Below, in pieces: positions 25,849-36,266 of a stretch of 64,000 nt of DNA. The translations under genes were made by a program, and so were the position numbers. Positions within the stretch are counted from its first letter, which is position 1. Each line of letters begins with the position of its first letter. This DNA comes from Clostridia bacterium. Lineage in GTDB: Bacteria; Bacillota; Clostridia; Peptostreptococcales; Acidaminobacteraceae. Under the pieces are notes generated by a model. The model did no database searches. It was not told the DNA's origin and saw only the letters and a list, made by a program, of their open reading frames with translations. The stretch spans positions 17,390 to 81,389 of the forward strand of contig JACUUV010000004.1 in assembly GCA_014859095.1 (NCBI GenBank), given 5' to 3'.

Positions 25849-27475
25849 ATTTGTAACAAGCTTTGATGATTTCAAGCATAATGTTTGGTATGACTTCGTA
25901 GACGTCTTTTGTGAAGACCCGTTCGGTGTTTTTATGGAGATCTTTGCCCCAAGGTCCAAGATTGATTATGGGCACATCCAGTGTTTTCAGCTTGCCAAAC
26001 GGAATCCGATAAAGTGTGTCCCATCCTGGACTGTTGGATTTTATGCACTCTATATCAGCATCATTGCCGGACCATGTGGCATAAGAGAGATCCGATATGC
26101 CCATGAAGAAGCCTTTTGATTCATATTCGATGTTATATTTTTTCATGGACACCCTATTGATCAGTTCCTCCATGGAAAAATGCAATTTCTTTGAAGTGAA
26201 AGTGTTGTTGACGTGCGGATAGTAGGGACCTGACAGTGCGATGATGATTACAGGACCTTCAAGATCGATGAAATCTGTTATGAATTCAATCAAACGGGTT
26301 GAGGCTTCAGGTAAGGTAATGGAATTTTCCCTCAGTTTGTCCAGCAACGAATCTTGATAAATATTGTATTCTTTTTCAAACCCATGATCCTTGGCATGCA
26401 TCGCCATTTCATAAATATCCTGAAATGTGAATACTCTTGGATTGAAGTTGATCTCTTCAGGGGTTTCACCTGTCAAGGCACAATAATTCTCATAGGCATC
26501 CTGAAAGTGAATCAGTGTATCCCTCATTGTACGTTTGGAGACTGAGACCAGTTTCGACATGATGCGTTGTGGTGATCTTGTAAAGGTTAACCAGTTGAAA
26601 TAACCAGTGGCAGCTTCAGGAATGGAGGCGTCATATGCTTTTTTCCTATCTTTCAGATTGACCCATACCGGAGGTGGTGTTGCCTCGTTGCCATGTTGGT
26701 CACAAAAATCGACATTGAGCTCGGTCTTTCGCTGTAGATCGGCTAGAATCAATGACGGGTTGAAGCCCGCAAAGGGATCGCCGATATGACTCTTTACACC
26801 TTTGACGTAGAGAACAGGCATGATTTTTCCAACCGAGCCCTCGTGGAATATCGCTTTTGTCTTGTTTTGATTGAAGTAAGGTTCGCTATTGATGGTGAGA
26901 ACGTAGTCAAGTCCATATTCGTCACGGAGTTTTGTGATTTGAGATACCGCTCTAAGCATTCCCTTTGATAATGATTCCTCATCAGAGACACTGATCAACA
27001 AAATATTGCCATCGAAGTTTTCGAGTTCAGAGAAATGAGCACAAAGTGACAACTGGATCGCGGCACCGGATTTCATATCGGCAGAGCCTCTACCAAAGGT
27101 CCATTCTCCTGATTCCAAATCTGCTCTCACTGTTTGGGACAAATTTCTCTCAGCCATGGCGATTGCCAGTTCGTCAGGTCTTAACGCAAAAGCTTTCAAT
27201 TTGCCATATTCTTCTATGTCTATGGCATCGTGATGATGAATCATGATAACGGTTTTATTTCCAGTGCCTTTGACGAGTGCCCATACTACATTTCTTCCAT
27301 AGGGATCATCTTCGAGCAATTCTGTGCCGCACAATTCTGGATGTGTGTCAAAGTAGGGTTGCTCTTTGATCCAGTTTAATATTTGTTCGGATATATATGT
27401 CTCTCGAAGCGACCCGGTGTCGCTTTGTGTCGCCATCAACCTCAAAAATAATGATTTGATTTTTTCTTCAAACAT
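25847..27475 (-). CDS. M20/M25/M40-family metallohydrolase, RocB-like
   Basis: The 542-aa size and pattern (VIMIHHHDAID...GRGSADMKSG...SDEE...) are typical of RocB-type M20 peptidase homologues. Confidence 0.55.
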   Translation of the reverse strand: MFEEKIKSLFLRLMATQSDTGSLRETYISEQILNWIKEQPYFDTHPELCGTELLEDDPYGRNVVWALVKGTGNKTVIMIHHHDAIDIEEYGKLKAFALRPDELAIAMAERNLSQTVRADLESGEWTFGRGSADMKSGAAIQLSLCAHFSELENFDGNILLISVSDEESLSKGMLRAVSQITKLRDEYGLDYVLTINSEPYFNQNKTKAIFHEGSVGKIMPVLYVKGVKSHIGDPFAGFNPSLILADLQRKTELNVDFCDQHGNEATPPPVWVNLKDRKKAYDASIPEAATGYFNWLTFTRSPQRIMSKLVSVSKRTMRDTLIHFQDAYENYCALTGETPEEINFNPRVFTFQDIYEMAMHAKDHGFEKEYNIYQDSLLDKLRENSITLPEASTRLIEFITDFIDLEGPVIIIALSGPYYPHVNNTFTSKKLHFSMEELINRVSMKKYNIEYESKGFFMGISDLSYATWSGNDADIECIKSNSPGWDTLYRIPFGKLKTLDVPIINLGPWGKDLHKNTERVFTKDVYEVIPNIMLEIIKACYK

Positions 27476-27601
27476 AAGTGCTCCTTCCTGGTGCTTTTAT
27501 AAGATACCATTATAACATACTTTTCAATGTTGCTTTGTTTGGTCTGAAAAAAGGGTATAATGAAAGTGTGTGTTATAAAAATAAATTTTGGGTGGAATTT
27601 T

Positions 27602-28852
27602 ATGGGGAAATTCTTTGGAATGATCAAAAATTTGGGAATGGCACTCGCTATCGGCTTGGTGGTCGGGGTGGTTTCCGTACTCTTTAATTTGGTGATTGAA
27701 GGTGGTGTTGAGCTGTCAAAAGTAATCCTTCTGAATCAGAAGAATTATTATTTTTTGTTGCCTTTTACAGGAGCGATGTTGACGATGGGAATTTATGGAC
27801 TATATCTGAAAGATGACCATACGGGACTTGGTATTGTCCAGGTTCTCATTGAACTCGAACAGATTAAAACGCATTTGATGCTTCCGTTTAGAGTATTTAT
27901 AAGGGTGGTCAGCGCTATGATCACTCTGATTTTTGGTTTCTCCGCAGGTAGGTTTGGGCCGATAGTCCACTTAGGCGCCGCAGTAGGATCAAATGCAGGT
28001 TACTATATGAAGCTGTCATCGTCTCATGTGAGGTTGTTGATTGGGTGTGGTGCCGCAGCGGCTATAGCTGCTGTATTTAAAATGCCCTTGTTTGCAGCTG
28101 TATTTGTGCTCGAGGTGCTTTATAAAAAACAGTTTGCCAATTACTTCGCTCCGGTGGTTTTATCAGCAGTAGTGGCCAATTTGCTCGGCAATTACTTTCA
28201 AGGTCCGATGCCTGTTTTTGATTTTGCGTACGAACAAGGATTTGTGTTGAACGATCTTTTGGTATTTACGGGTTTTGGACTACTGATGGGTGTGGTTGGT
28301 ATTTTGTACATACTATCCATCAATAATTTTACTGAATTGTTTGGGAAGCTGGGCAACGTTTACATCAGACTTGCCGTAGGTGGATTGATCATTGCTGTTA
28401 TAGGGCTATTTTTTTCGCTCAATTTTGAATTGCATGAAAATACGACCTCAAGGATTATGAGTGGAGAATTTGAAATTGGTGTACTGGTTGCCATCGGATT
28501 TGTGAAAATGATTGCTACAGGCATCACACTCGGAAGCGGATTCGTCGGAGGTAATTTTTATCCTGGGATTACAATCGGTGCAGGGATTGGTATGGCTTTC
28601 GGGAAAATAATTGAACCTGCGGGTGAAAATCAAATATTTGGCGTACTGGGTATGGGCGCGCTCATTTCCAGTTATCTGAATGCGCCAATTGCAGGTATTG
28701 TATGGATTTTAGAATATTCCAGGCATTTTGACTGGATGATTCCAGCGCTTATTGTGTGTTCTATGTCCGTTTCAGTCACATATCATTTGCTGGGTAAAGA
28801 TATATTCACGAAGACGTATGAAAGTGCCATTGATCAAATGAGATTGGGATAA
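27602..28852 (+). CDS. ClC-family voltage-gated chloride channel / H+-Cl- antiporter homologue
   Basis: Polytopic protein with ClC-like motifs GRFGP (GxEGP-like) and GGNFYPG (GxFxP). Start set at ATG 27602. Confidence 0.6.
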   Translation: MGKFFGMIKNLGMALAIGLVVGVVSVLFNLVIEGGVELSKVILLNQKNYYFLLPFTGAMLTMGIYGLYLKDDHTGLGIVQVLIELEQIKTHLMLPFRVFIRVVSAMITLIFGFSAGRFGPIVHLGAAVGSNAGYYMKLSSSHVRLLIGCGAAAAIAAVFKMPLFAAVFVLEVLYKKQFANYFAPVVLSAVVANLLGNYFQGPMPVFDFAYEQGFVLNDLLVFTGFGLLMGVVGILYILSINNFTELFGKLGNVYIRLAVGGLIIAVIGLFFSLNFELHENTTSRIMSGEFEIGVLVAIGFVKMIATGITLGSGFVGGNFYPGITIGAGIGMAFGKIIEPAGENQIFGVLGMGALISSYLNAPIAGIVWILEYSRHFDWMIPALIVCSMSVSVTYHLLGKDIFTKTYESAIDQMRLG

Positions 28853-28973
28853 CTTTGTTTAACTTTTATCATAATCTTAAGCAAATCTTAACCTTTCAAA
28901 TATATACTTGAAAAAGTGTAACAATTAACCTCCGTAAGTCGTTATATGTAATAAAGGGGGCGACATTTCAAGT

Positions 28974-30005
28974 ATGAATAGTAAAAATTATATGAGTATT
29001 TTGATTTTAATAGCAGTTTCTACTTTTTTGATTTCCTGTTCCATGACCGTAAAACCGTCGGATCAAGATTTTGAGCGTGATTTCACCAAGCAGAGAAACC
29101 ACGTTCAATCCGGTCGCGTTCTTCATGATCAAGAGGATGTCTATTTTTCTGTTTTGAGCGAGATTACCTATGATAGGCAAAAATCTGCAACGCGTCATGG
29201 CTCAATATTTCGAACGGACATTAAGGGAGACAAACTTTTCAAAATTGCGGACCAGTACGCAAGATTTCTGACCATACATAATGAATGGCTATATTTTTCC
29301 TCCGAAAATCTTTATAGGATGCCAAAAGAAGGAGGCGTGACAGAACTTCTGATATCAGGTCATGACTTGGAGTTTACCATCCATAAAGACAAAATCTATT
29401 ATGTGGATCGCTCAGCCGAGGAAGGCGTCTATGAATCCAATCTGGATGGTTCATCACGAAGGAAAATTTTTGATGGTGGCGCAACCGATCTGATGGTTCA
29501 TGATGATATTATGTATATTGTGAGAAAGGCTGATTTCAAACTTCATGCCATATCCATTCGGAACAATCAAAACAGTAGTATTATCAAAGATTCTGTCGGG
29601 CAGTATTGCATCGATGGACAGAAGGTCATCTATACTGGAGAAGGACTTTACGTCCAGTCCCTGCAAGGGGACTTCAGAACCATAAAAATCGACGATTTTG
29701 TCAGCACATTCAATTTGAAGGGCGAATGGATCTATTACATCAGTGCCAGTGAAGGTGATATGCTGAAGCCAATACTCAACAAAGCCCATCGCGACGGGAC
29801 TGAACGAATCGCTTTACTCGATCATGATATCAATTTTTATGATATGGAGATTTATATAGCTGGAGATTGGATTTATCTTTATAATAGATACGAACCAGAG
29901 CAATTTGTTCGAATGGATCTTGATGGTAAGGGTCTGCAGGTGCTTCGCCTCGGGAAAAATTATAAAGGTGGAAGTGTGGTGGAGATAATAAATAAGAGCC
30001 TGTAA
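28974..30005 (+). CDS. lipoprotein with DUF5050-type beta-propeller repeats
   Basis: Lipobox (FLISC at residues 18-22). Repeated W(I/L)YF/YY..., IYYVD...G.YESNLDGS segments are typical of DUF5050. Confidence 0.5.
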   Translation: MNSKNYMSILILIAVSTFLISCSMTVKPSDQDFERDFTKQRNHVQSGRVLHDQEDVYFSVLSEITYDRQKSATRHGSIFRTDIKGDKLFKIADQYARFLTIHNEWLYFSSENLYRMPKEGGVTELLISGHDLEFTIHKDKIYYVDRSAEEGVYESNLDGSSRRKIFDGGATDLMVHDDIMYIVRKADFKLHAISIRNNQNSSIIKDSVGQYCIDGQKVIYTGEGLYVQSLQGDFRTIKIDDFVSTFNLKGEWIYYISASEGDMLKPILNKAHRDGTERIALLDHDINFYDMEIYIAGDWIYLYNRYEPEQFVRMDLDGKGLQVLRLGKNYKGGSVVEIINKSL

Positions 30006-30118
30006 TTTTTTTTTGCATATTATGACCTCCTTGACCTTATTATACCCATTTGGATTGTATCGCAAAAATTTAAATGATATAATTTTTGTTACTACGGCAA
30101 AGATGAAAGGATATAAGA

Positions 30119-30358
30119 ATGATTATTTCGAAGGATGACAAGACCTATTTGGTGAGAATGGTACAGGATTATTTTGAAAGAGAACAAATGGAGGCTATCG
30201 GCAATATCGCTTCAGAGCAACTCATTGATTTTATGATGGATCATTTGGGACCCATTGCATACAACGAAGGCGTCAAGGATGTCTTTAAGCTTATCAAAGT
30301 GAATCAAGACCATCTTGAAGATGAGATTTATGTGCTGGAAAAACCGTCCAAAAGATAA
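30119..30358 (+). CDS. DUF2164-family protein
   Basis: ...VQDYFEREQMEAIGNIASEQLIDFMMDHLGPIAYNEGVKD matches the conserved DUF2164 core. Confidence 0.55.
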   Translation: MIISKDDKTYLVRMVQDYFEREQMEAIGNIASEQLIDFMMDHLGPIAYNEGVKDVFKLIKVNQDHLEDEIYVLEKPSKR

Positions 30359-30373
30359 GAGGAGTGAAAGACA

Positions 30374-30859
30374 GTGATTAGAAATATCGAATCAAAGGAT
30401 GTTGAACAGATCTGTGAGATATACAATCATTATGTTGAGAATGCCGTTTGTACATTTGAAGTTGAACCTGTAACTGTTGATGAAATGACAAAAAGAATTG
30501 AAAATGTTACAGGGGTCTATCCTTGGATCGTCGCTGAAGAAGAGGGATTGATCATAGGATATGCTTATGCGGGAAGGTGGAAAGAACGCGAGGCCTATCG
30601 ATTTACAGTAGAGACATCTGTATATATAAGATTTGGATATGTTGGTCGAAGAATTGGTTCCACAATATATACTTCTTTGATCCGGAGATTGAGATCACAG
30701 GGGATTCATGCCGTAATCGGCGGTGTTGTTCTACCAAATGAAAAGAGTGAGCGTTTGCATGAGCGTCTCGGGTTTGAAAAAATCGGACATTTTGCCGAAG
30801 TCGGATTCAAATTTGACAGTTGGAGAGATGTTGGCTACTTTGAACTGATCTTGAAGTGA
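30374..30859 (+). CDS. GNAT N-acetyltransferase, phosphinothricin/methionine-sulfoximine acetyltransferase-like
   Basis: IR....D...I.EIYNHYVEN.VCTFE..PV.V.EM..R.......YPW.VAE..G..IGYAYAG.W..R.AY...VE.SVY......GRRIG......L......GIH...G.....N..S..LHE.LGF and KFD.W.DV, the PAT-family pattern. Confidence 0.8.
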   Translation: MIRNIESKDVEQICEIYNHYVENAVCTFEVEPVTVDEMTKRIENVTGVYPWIVAEEEGLIIGYAYAGRWKEREAYRFTVETSVYIRFGYVGRRIGSTIYTSLIRRLRSQGIHAVIGGVVLPNEKSERLHERLGFEKIGHFAEVGFKFDSWRDVGYFELILK

Positions 30860-30882
30860 ATCACAAAATATGGAGGATACAA

Positions 30883-31356
30883 ATGGAATACAATGAGATG
30901 CTCGAAAGATTTGAATACTATAAATCGAATTTTATCAAAAAACAAAACCAGACGCTTAAAATAAACATCTGGATCAGTTATCTGAAAAAGATCGTTCAAA
31001 TCAAGGAAACCTCAGAACTTAGAGGGAATACAGACGAATTGATCCAAAAAACATTCAATATTCTTACCATTTACATTCATGAGAGACCAACAGACAATAA
31101 ACTCAGAAAAGAATATCTTTTGTCGTTCCAGGAAATGATGACACAAGCGAAAAAGGAATATGGTCTTGTTGCAAAAGGTTCTTTTGTGGGGATGTACATG
31201 GCTATTGGGATGTCCGTAGGTTTGGCTATTGGAATGGCAATTTTTTCAGTGGACAATGCCTTATATAGCACTGGTATAGCAGTCGGCATGGTTGCTGGAA
31301 TAGTGATTGGGAATGCTAAAGAAAATCAATTGGAGCGACAAGGAAAACTGTTTTAG
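30883..31356 (+). CDS. hypothetical protein with C-terminal Gly/Ala-rich TM hairpin
   Basis: ORF with SD GGAGGA before ATG 30883. Soluble helical N-terminal part, then two glycine-zipper-like helices (GMYMAIGMSVGLAIGMAIF, GIAVGMVAGIVIG). No recognisable family. Confidence 0.4.
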   Translation: MEYNEMLERFEYYKSNFIKKQNQTLKINIWISYLKKIVQIKETSELRGNTDELIQKTFNILTIYIHERPTDNKLRKEYLLSFQEMMTQAKKEYGLVAKGSFVGMYMAIGMSVGLAIGMAIFSVDNALYSTGIAVGMVAGIVIGNAKENQLERQGKLF

Positions 31357-31371
31357 CAGAGAGGAATTCAA

Positions 31372-31830
31372 ATGGGCTATATCAATGAATTGAGGAGCAA
31401 AGTTGGAACTAGACCAATAATACTGACAGGTGTGGCACTTCTCGTCATAAATGAAGCTGGAGAAATATTACTTCAAAGGCGCACAGATACCGGAGACTGG
31501 GGAACACTTGGAGGTTCTCTTGAACTCGGTGAAAGTTTTGAGGAAGCCGCAGTCAGGGAGCTTTATGAAGAAGCGGGTCTCAAAACAGAAATCGAAAACC
31601 TGGAACATGTAACAATCTTATCCGGACGGGGCATGTATTTCAAATATCCCAATGGGGATGAAGTTTTTAACGCTCTTGTGGTTTACAAAATCACAAAAAC
31701 GGAAGGTATCCCTCATGTCAATGATGATGAAGGATTCGAAGTGAAATACTTTCCGTTGAATGAAATTATCGATGATCTGAATCCTATGGCTAAGATCATA
31801 CTTAAAAGATGTGGTTATTATGATCTATAA
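31372..31830 (+). CDS. NUDIX hydrolase
   Basis: Nudix box GGSLELGESFEEAAVRELYEEAGL (Gx5Ex7REUxEExGU). Confidence 0.85.
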   Translation: MGYINELRSKVGTRPIILTGVALLVINEAGEILLQRRTDTGDWGTLGGSLELGESFEEAAVRELYEEAGLKTEIENLEHVTILSGRGMYFKYPNGDEVFNALVVYKITKTEGIPHVNDDEGFEVKYFPLNEIIDDLNPMAKIILKRCGYYDL

Positions 31831-32004
31831 TCAAAGAATTTTATGGAAGATGATATCATCCACATAATGTCCTGATTTTACATTCAAGTGATGCATCAAA
31901 ACTTTTCCGCCAAGAGCGAATCCTAATTTTTCAACGGCATGAAGTGAGGCCTTATTATCGCTATACACATAAATTCTAGCGATGGTGACGCCTTTTTTTT
32001 TCAT
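31831..32004 (-). pseudogene. C-terminal remnant of a GNAT acetyltransferase gene
   Basis: 57-codon ORF MKKKGVTIARIYVYSDNKASLHAVEKLGFALGGKVLMHHLNVKSGHYVDDIIFHKIL, which is only the last beta-alpha-beta part of a RimJ/RimL-type GNAT. An in-frame TGA lies two codons upstream of the ATG. Confidence 0.55.
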
Positions 32005-32059
32005 CGGTCATCTCACGTTATTGTTATTGACATATGCCTATTAAAAAAGGAGGTATACA

Positions 32060-32161
32060 ATGCCAAAAAGAGATGGAACCGGACCAATGAATCAAGGGAT
32101 GCTCAAGAAGACACTTGATGCCATTGAAAAACAACTTGAGAAATTTGAAGTAAAACCTTGA
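32060..32161 (+). CDS. 33-aa ORF with DUF5320-like N-terminus
   Basis: Strong SD (AAGGAGG, 7 nt). MPKRDGTGPMNQGMLKKTLDAIEKQLEKFEVKP. The MPxRDGTGP start and the C-terminal coiled-coil resemble DUF5320 proteins, but the Gly-rich middle is missing. Confidence 0.35.
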   Translation: MPKRDGTGPMNQGMLKKTLDAIEKQLEKFEVKP

Positions 32162-32204
32162 TTAGAGATTTGAAATATGCTAAAGTAATTTTGAACTTAA
32201 TAAG

Positions 32205-32305
32205 ATCCATTGCTAGGGGTGCTGCATAGCGGGCAGCTGAGAAAAGAAACCTATTTTTTTACCCTTTGTACCTGATCCAGATCATACTGGCGTAGGAAAG
32301 CTGAT
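32205..32305 (+). promoter_or_regulatory. TPP (THI-box) riboswitch
   Basis: CTAGGGGTGC...GCTGAGA...ACCCTTTGTACCTGATCCAGATCATACTGGCGTAGGAAAGC matches the THI element core (Rfam RF00059 type). Confidence 0.9.
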
Positions 32306-32329
32306 AATCGTTTGATTTTTTTGAACGCT

Positions 32330-32358
32330 AAACGCGACCCTCGGGGTCGCGTTTTTTT
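32330..32358 (+). terminator. riboswitch expression-platform terminator
   Basis: AACGCGACCC-TCG-GGGTCGCGTT followed by TTTTTT, between the aptamer and the thiC start. Confidence 0.85.
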
Positions 32359-32392
32359 ATTCAGCCCTTCGCACAATCCAAGGAGGCTACTG

Positions 32393-33694
32393 ATGAACAC
32401 AATGAATTACTCCACACAAATGGATGCCGCAAAAAAAGGCGTCGTCACAGAAGCGATGAGACATGTCGCACAAACGGAAAAAGTCGATGAAAAATGGCTT
32501 GTTCAAAAAATGGCGGAAGGTAAAATAGTCATACCTGCAAATAAAAACCATAAATCACTGATTCCTGTCGGTGTCGGTGAAAGACTGTCGACAAAGATCA
32601 ATGTAAATTTGGGGATATCAAAAGATGTCAATGATTATGAAGAAGAAATGAAAAAAGTGAGAAAAGCGCTGGAACTAGGTATTCATGGCATTATGGACTT
32701 GAGCAATTATGGTAAGACTGCGGAATTCAGAAGAGCATTGATTGATATTTCAACAGTTATGATCGGATCTGTCCCGATTTATGATGCACTTGGATTCTAT
32801 GAAAAAGAACTGATTGATATCAAACCGGAAGAATTCTTGGATGTCGTGGAAAAGCATGGTGAGGATGGTGTCGATTTTGTAACGATTCATGCCGGTGTCA
32901 ACAAGCATACAGTTCAGACTTTCCTCAACAATCCAAGATTGACGAATATCGTTTCAAGAGGTGGATCGCTTATATTCGCATGGATGCAACTTACCGGAAA
33001 TGAGAATCCTTTTGTTGAATACTATGACCGGTTGCTCGATATTTGCGAAAAACATGACATCACTTTAAGCCTTGGTGATGCCATGAGACCCGGATCCATT
33101 TCTGATGGTACCGATGCTTCCCAAATATCAGAGTTGATTGCACTTGGTGAACTGACCAAAAGAGCTTGGGCAAGAAATGTCCAAGTTATGATTGAAGGAC
33201 CGGGTCATATGGCAATAGATGAGATAGAGGCCAATATGCTCCTGGAGAAAAAATTATGTCATGGTGCGCCATTTTATGTCCTTGGACCACTTGTCACCGA
33301 TGTCGCTCCGGGTTATGACCATATCACTGGTGCCATAGGCGGTGCGCTCGCAGCCAGCAAAGGTGCTGATTTTCTTTGCTATGTCACTCCCGCTGAACAT
33401 TTGAGATTGCCTACCCTTGAAGATATGGTGGAGGGCATCATGGCGTTTAAGATTGCTGCCCATGCAGGTGATATCGGCAAGAAATTGCCCGGGGCAAGAG
33501 AGTGGGATAACAAGATGAGTGCCGCGCGAAAAGCTATTGATTGGGAAATGATGTTCAGTCTGGCCATCGATCCAGAGAAAGCACGAAAGTATCGCGCGGA
33601 TAGTCAACCTGAAGAAGAGCATTCTTGCACCATGTGCGGCAAAATGTGTGCAATGAGAACGATTAATAAAGTGATGAACGGAGAATCATTATGA
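32393..33694 (+). CDS. thiC: phosphomethylpyrimidine synthase
   Basis: ...[19 protein letters not shown]......L......G..VIPAN.NH......GVG..L.TKINVN.G.S, ...EGPGH and the C-terminal CTMCGKMCA. Start at ATG 32393 (SD AGGAGG). The longer track ORF would include the riboswitch terminator. Confidence 0.92.
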   Translation: MNTMNYSTQMDAAKKGVVTEAMRHVAQTEKVDEKWLVQKMAEGKIVIPANKNHKSLIPVGVGERLSTKINVNLGISKDVNDYEEEMKKVRKALELGIHGIMDLSNYGKTAEFRRALIDISTVMIGSVPIYDALGFYEKELIDIKPEEFLDVVEKHGEDGVDFVTIHAGVNKHTVQTFLNNPRLTNIVSRGGSLIFAWMQLTGNENPFVEYYDRLLDICEKHDITLSLGDAMRPGSISDGTDASQISELIALGELTKRAWARNVQVMIEGPGHMAIDEIEANMLLEKKLCHGAPFYVLGPLVTDVAPGYDHITGAIGGALAASKGADFLCYVTPAEHLRLPTLEDMVEGIMAFKIAAHAGDIGKKLPGAREWDNKMSAARKAIDWEMMFSLAIDPEKARKYRADSQPEEEHSCTMCGKMCAMRTINKVMNGESL

Positions 33695-34194
33695 AGCATA
33701 CACATAAAATCAGCCTTTCGGGTGTGCTGATTGCACTTGGTGTGGTCTCTGGTTCTATTCTTTATATTCCTATTGGTGTCATCAAAGCGTTTCCGGTACA
33801 ACATATGATCAATGTACTTTCGGCTATTCTTCTCGGTCCGTTTTATGCGGTAACTAACGCTTTTTTGATTTCACTCATCAGAAATATGACGGGCGTAGGA
33901 AGTTTGCTTGCATTTCCAGGGAGTATGATTGGAGCATTGATTGCATCGCTCTTATATAAAAAATGGGGAAAGCTTGGACTGGCATTTTTGGGAGAGTGGA
34001 TTGGAACGGGCATAATTGGGGGTGTTGTGGCATCACTGATGGCTCAAGAGTTGCTTGGGTCCACTGCAGGAATGTCCGTATTCCTCACCTCATTTCTTGC
34101 CAGTAGTTTTGTCGGCGCCAGCATCGCAGTGGTTCTATATGGTGTACTAATGAAAACCGGATTGATGGCGTCGCTTAAGAGAGAGAATTTATGA
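33691..34194 (+). CDS. thiW: ECF-type S component ThiW (thiazole precursor uptake)
   Basis: 167-aa, 5-6 TM protein ([47 protein letters not shown]) inside a thi operon. There is a 4-nt overlap with thiC. Confidence 0.7.
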   Translation: MKHTHKISLSGVLIALGVVSGSILYIPIGVIKAFPVQHMINVLSAILLGPFYAVTNAFLISLIRNMTGVGSLLAFPGSMIGALIASLLYKKWGKLGLAFLGEWIGTGIIGGVVASLMAQELLGSTAGMSVFLTSFLASSFVGASIAVVLYGVLMKTGLMASLKRENL

Positions 34195-34946
34195 AAACTG
34201 TTCTAACTATTGCGGGATCGGATCCTACAAGTGGTGCAGGTATCCAATCGGATCTCTTGACCATTTATCAAAATGGCGTTTATCCATTTTCAGTGGTGAC
34301 GTCCATCACCAGTCAAAATGCAAAAGGAGTGACCGCGCGCTTCGATCTGGATGGAAACATCGTCAGAAGTCAACTGAATACGTTGCTTGAGACACATATA
34401 CCTGATGCGATCAAGATTGGTATGTTGGGTTCCGCACAGAACTGTCGTGTAGTATATGAAGTTTTGATGATGAGATTTCCAGAAGAGAGGTCGCGGCCAC
34501 CAATCATTTTAGACCCTGTTATGGTCTCAACTGGCGGAAAAGCATTGATGGATGATGACGGTGTCGATGTTCTTATCGAAAAACTATTGCCTATAGTCAC
34601 TTTGTTGACGCCGAATCTCATGGAATTTGAACGAATATTTGCTCAAAAAAAATCAATGGATATCCACCATCCCCCTTGCAACATATTGGTTAAGGGGGGC
34701 CATTCAACTGGTGATTGCACGGATCGACTTATTATGACAACCGGAGAAACGTTTTTATGGACGTCTCCACGAATCAAAGCCAGCTACGATCATGGTACCG
34801 GATGTACGCTATCGTCTGCGATTGCAGCAAACCTGGCGGTTGGAAGAACTTTGAACGAAAGTATCCGATTGGCGAAGTTGTATTTGACTGAAGGGATTAA
34901 ACATCCTGTAATCTTTGACTCGGGATTTGGTGGAATAAGAAAGTAG
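34191..34946 (+). CDS. thiD: hydroxymethylpyrimidine/phosphomethylpyrimidine kinase
   Basis: VLTIAGSDPTSGAGIQSDL.T, KIGML, DPVMVSTGG, PNL.E and HGTGCTLSSAIAANLA. Confidence 0.9.
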   Translation: MKTVLTIAGSDPTSGAGIQSDLLTIYQNGVYPFSVVTSITSQNAKGVTARFDLDGNIVRSQLNTLLETHIPDAIKIGMLGSAQNCRVVYEVLMMRFPEERSRPPIILDPVMVSTGGKALMDDDGVDVLIEKLLPIVTLLTPNLMEFERIFAQKKSMDIHHPPCNILVKGGHSTGDCTDRLIMTTGETFLWTSPRIKASYDHGTGCTLSSAIAANLAVGRTLNESIRLAKLYLTEGIKHPVIFDSGFGGIRK

Positions 34947-34954
34947 GCGAATAA

Positions 34955-35674
34955 TTGGCTATAGTACACATTATCAATAATGAGGTATCAAGAGCCTTTG
35001 TTGCCGATGGTGTTTTGGCATATGGAGGTTCGCCTATGATGTCGGAGAATCATATGGAATTTGATGCCATCCATAAACATACAGGTGCCATGCTGATCAA
35101 CCTTGGGATGGTCAATCCACAGAAAGAAAATGTCATAATCAAAGCGTGTCAAAGCGCTTCAAAATATGGAATCCCAATAGGTTTGGATCCTGTAGGCATC
35201 CATATATCACCATGGCGTCTTAAGGTGTTTGAAAAAATCATGTCCACATTTGAGATCGCATATGTCAAGGGCAATCAAGATGAAGTATACTGCGGGGTAT
35301 TTGGACCGTATGATGGGCAAAATAAATCACTTGAAGCTGTGCAGCGCTTTGAATTAGAACAGTTCAGTTCAAGGCTTCTGGCAAGTAAAACAGTTTGGTT
35401 GATTACTGGTGAGCAGGACTATGTTGTCGGTAGAGGTCGATGCGAGATTGTATCTGGAGGCACGCCAGATCTTAGAAAAATCTCAGGGGCAGGTTGCCTG
35501 CTCAGTGCTTTGGTGGCAGTGAACATATCGAAAGGGATGTGTGTTCTTAATGCTGCAGTTAAGGCAAGTTGTGATTTGAAAAAAGCTTCGGAAGGATTCG
35601 CGCAAGGAGGCGTAGGAACTTTGAAAGTGAACATTATTGATCGATTGGGACAGGCAGGTGAATCAAGTGTCTAG
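34955..35674 (+). CDS. thiM: hydroxyethylthiazole kinase (short N-terminus, TTG start)
   Basis: VHIINNEVSRAFVADGVLAYGGSPMM, LINLG, LDPVG, KGNQDE and ISGAGCLLSALVA align with B. subtilis ThiM from about residue 18. A TAA lies immediately upstream in frame. Confidence 0.8.
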   Translation: MAIVHIINNEVSRAFVADGVLAYGGSPMMSENHMEFDAIHKHTGAMLINLGMVNPQKENVIIKACQSASKYGIPIGLDPVGIHISPWRLKVFEKIMSTFEIAYVKGNQDEVYCGVFGPYDGQNKSLEAVQRFELEQFSSRLLASKTVWLITGEQDYVVGRGRCEIVSGGTPDLRKISGAGCLLSALVAVNISKGMCVLNAAVKASCDLKKASEGFAQGGVGTLKVNIIDRLGQAGESSV

Positions 35675-35675
35675 G

Positions 35676-36266
35676 ATGATGTATTTGATTACGGGTGATT
35701 TACCGATTTCAAGACAACTTAAAATACTCAAACGACTCATGCCTCTTGGCATTGAATATTTGCAGTACAGGAATAAAGTTGCAGATCCAATGACGGCTTA
35801 TAACGAAGCCTTGCAGTATAAAGTCCTTTGTGATTTATACGGAACTAAATTGATCATCAATGACTGGGTTGAAGTGGCAAGAGCAGTAAATGCTTCAGGC
35901 ATCCATTTAGGGGAATCGGATACGTCATTAGAAGTAGCTCGCTCTATACTGGAGCAAACAATAATAATCGGTAGAACGGTAAAAACAGTGGAACAAGCCA
36001 AACATGCGGAAGCTAAGGGAGCAAACTACATTGGTGTCGGAGCATTCTATTCATCCAAGACAAAAAAAGAAGCGTTGCCTATATCGACGACAACGTTGAT
36101 TGAAATCAGAAGGGAGGTCAAACTGCCAATTTTTGCAATTGGAGGATTGACTCCTGACAACATAACCTCTGAAATCACAAGTCATGTGGATGGATTCGCT
36201 TTTTCAAATGCCATCTGGCATGCAGAACGTCCCGAGGAGGTTCTTCTAGGTTTTAAAAGGATTTGA
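35676..36266 (+). CDS. thiE: thiamine-phosphate synthase
   Basis: YLIT......., LQYR.K, LIIND....A....A.G.HLG..D, GA.YIGVGA...S.TK and FAIGG. The choice between ATG 35676 and 35679 is uncertain. Confidence 0.85.
   Translation: MMYLITGDLPISRQLKILKRLMPLGIEYLQYRNKVADPMTAYNEALQYKVLCDLYGTKLIINDWVEVARAVNASGIHLGESDTSLEVARSILEQTIIIGRTVKTVEQAKHAEAKGANYIGVGAFYSSKTKKEALPISTTTLIEIRREVKLPIFAIGGLTPDNITSEITSHVDGFAFSNAIWHAERPEEVLLGFKRI

Noticed and set aside
27476-27560. Sigma-54 promoter upstream of the RocB-like gene, by analogy with the B. subtilis roc operons (TGGTAT...GCA on the minus strand).
   Set aside because: The GG-N10-GC spacing is not met. A sigma-A-type TTATAAT box is present instead.
32312-32392. 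N-terminal extension of thiC in the ORF track (TTG start at 32312).
   Set aside because: The extension runs through the riboswitch terminator hairpin (32330..32358). A good SD plus ATG at 32393 gives a canonical ThiC N-terminus.
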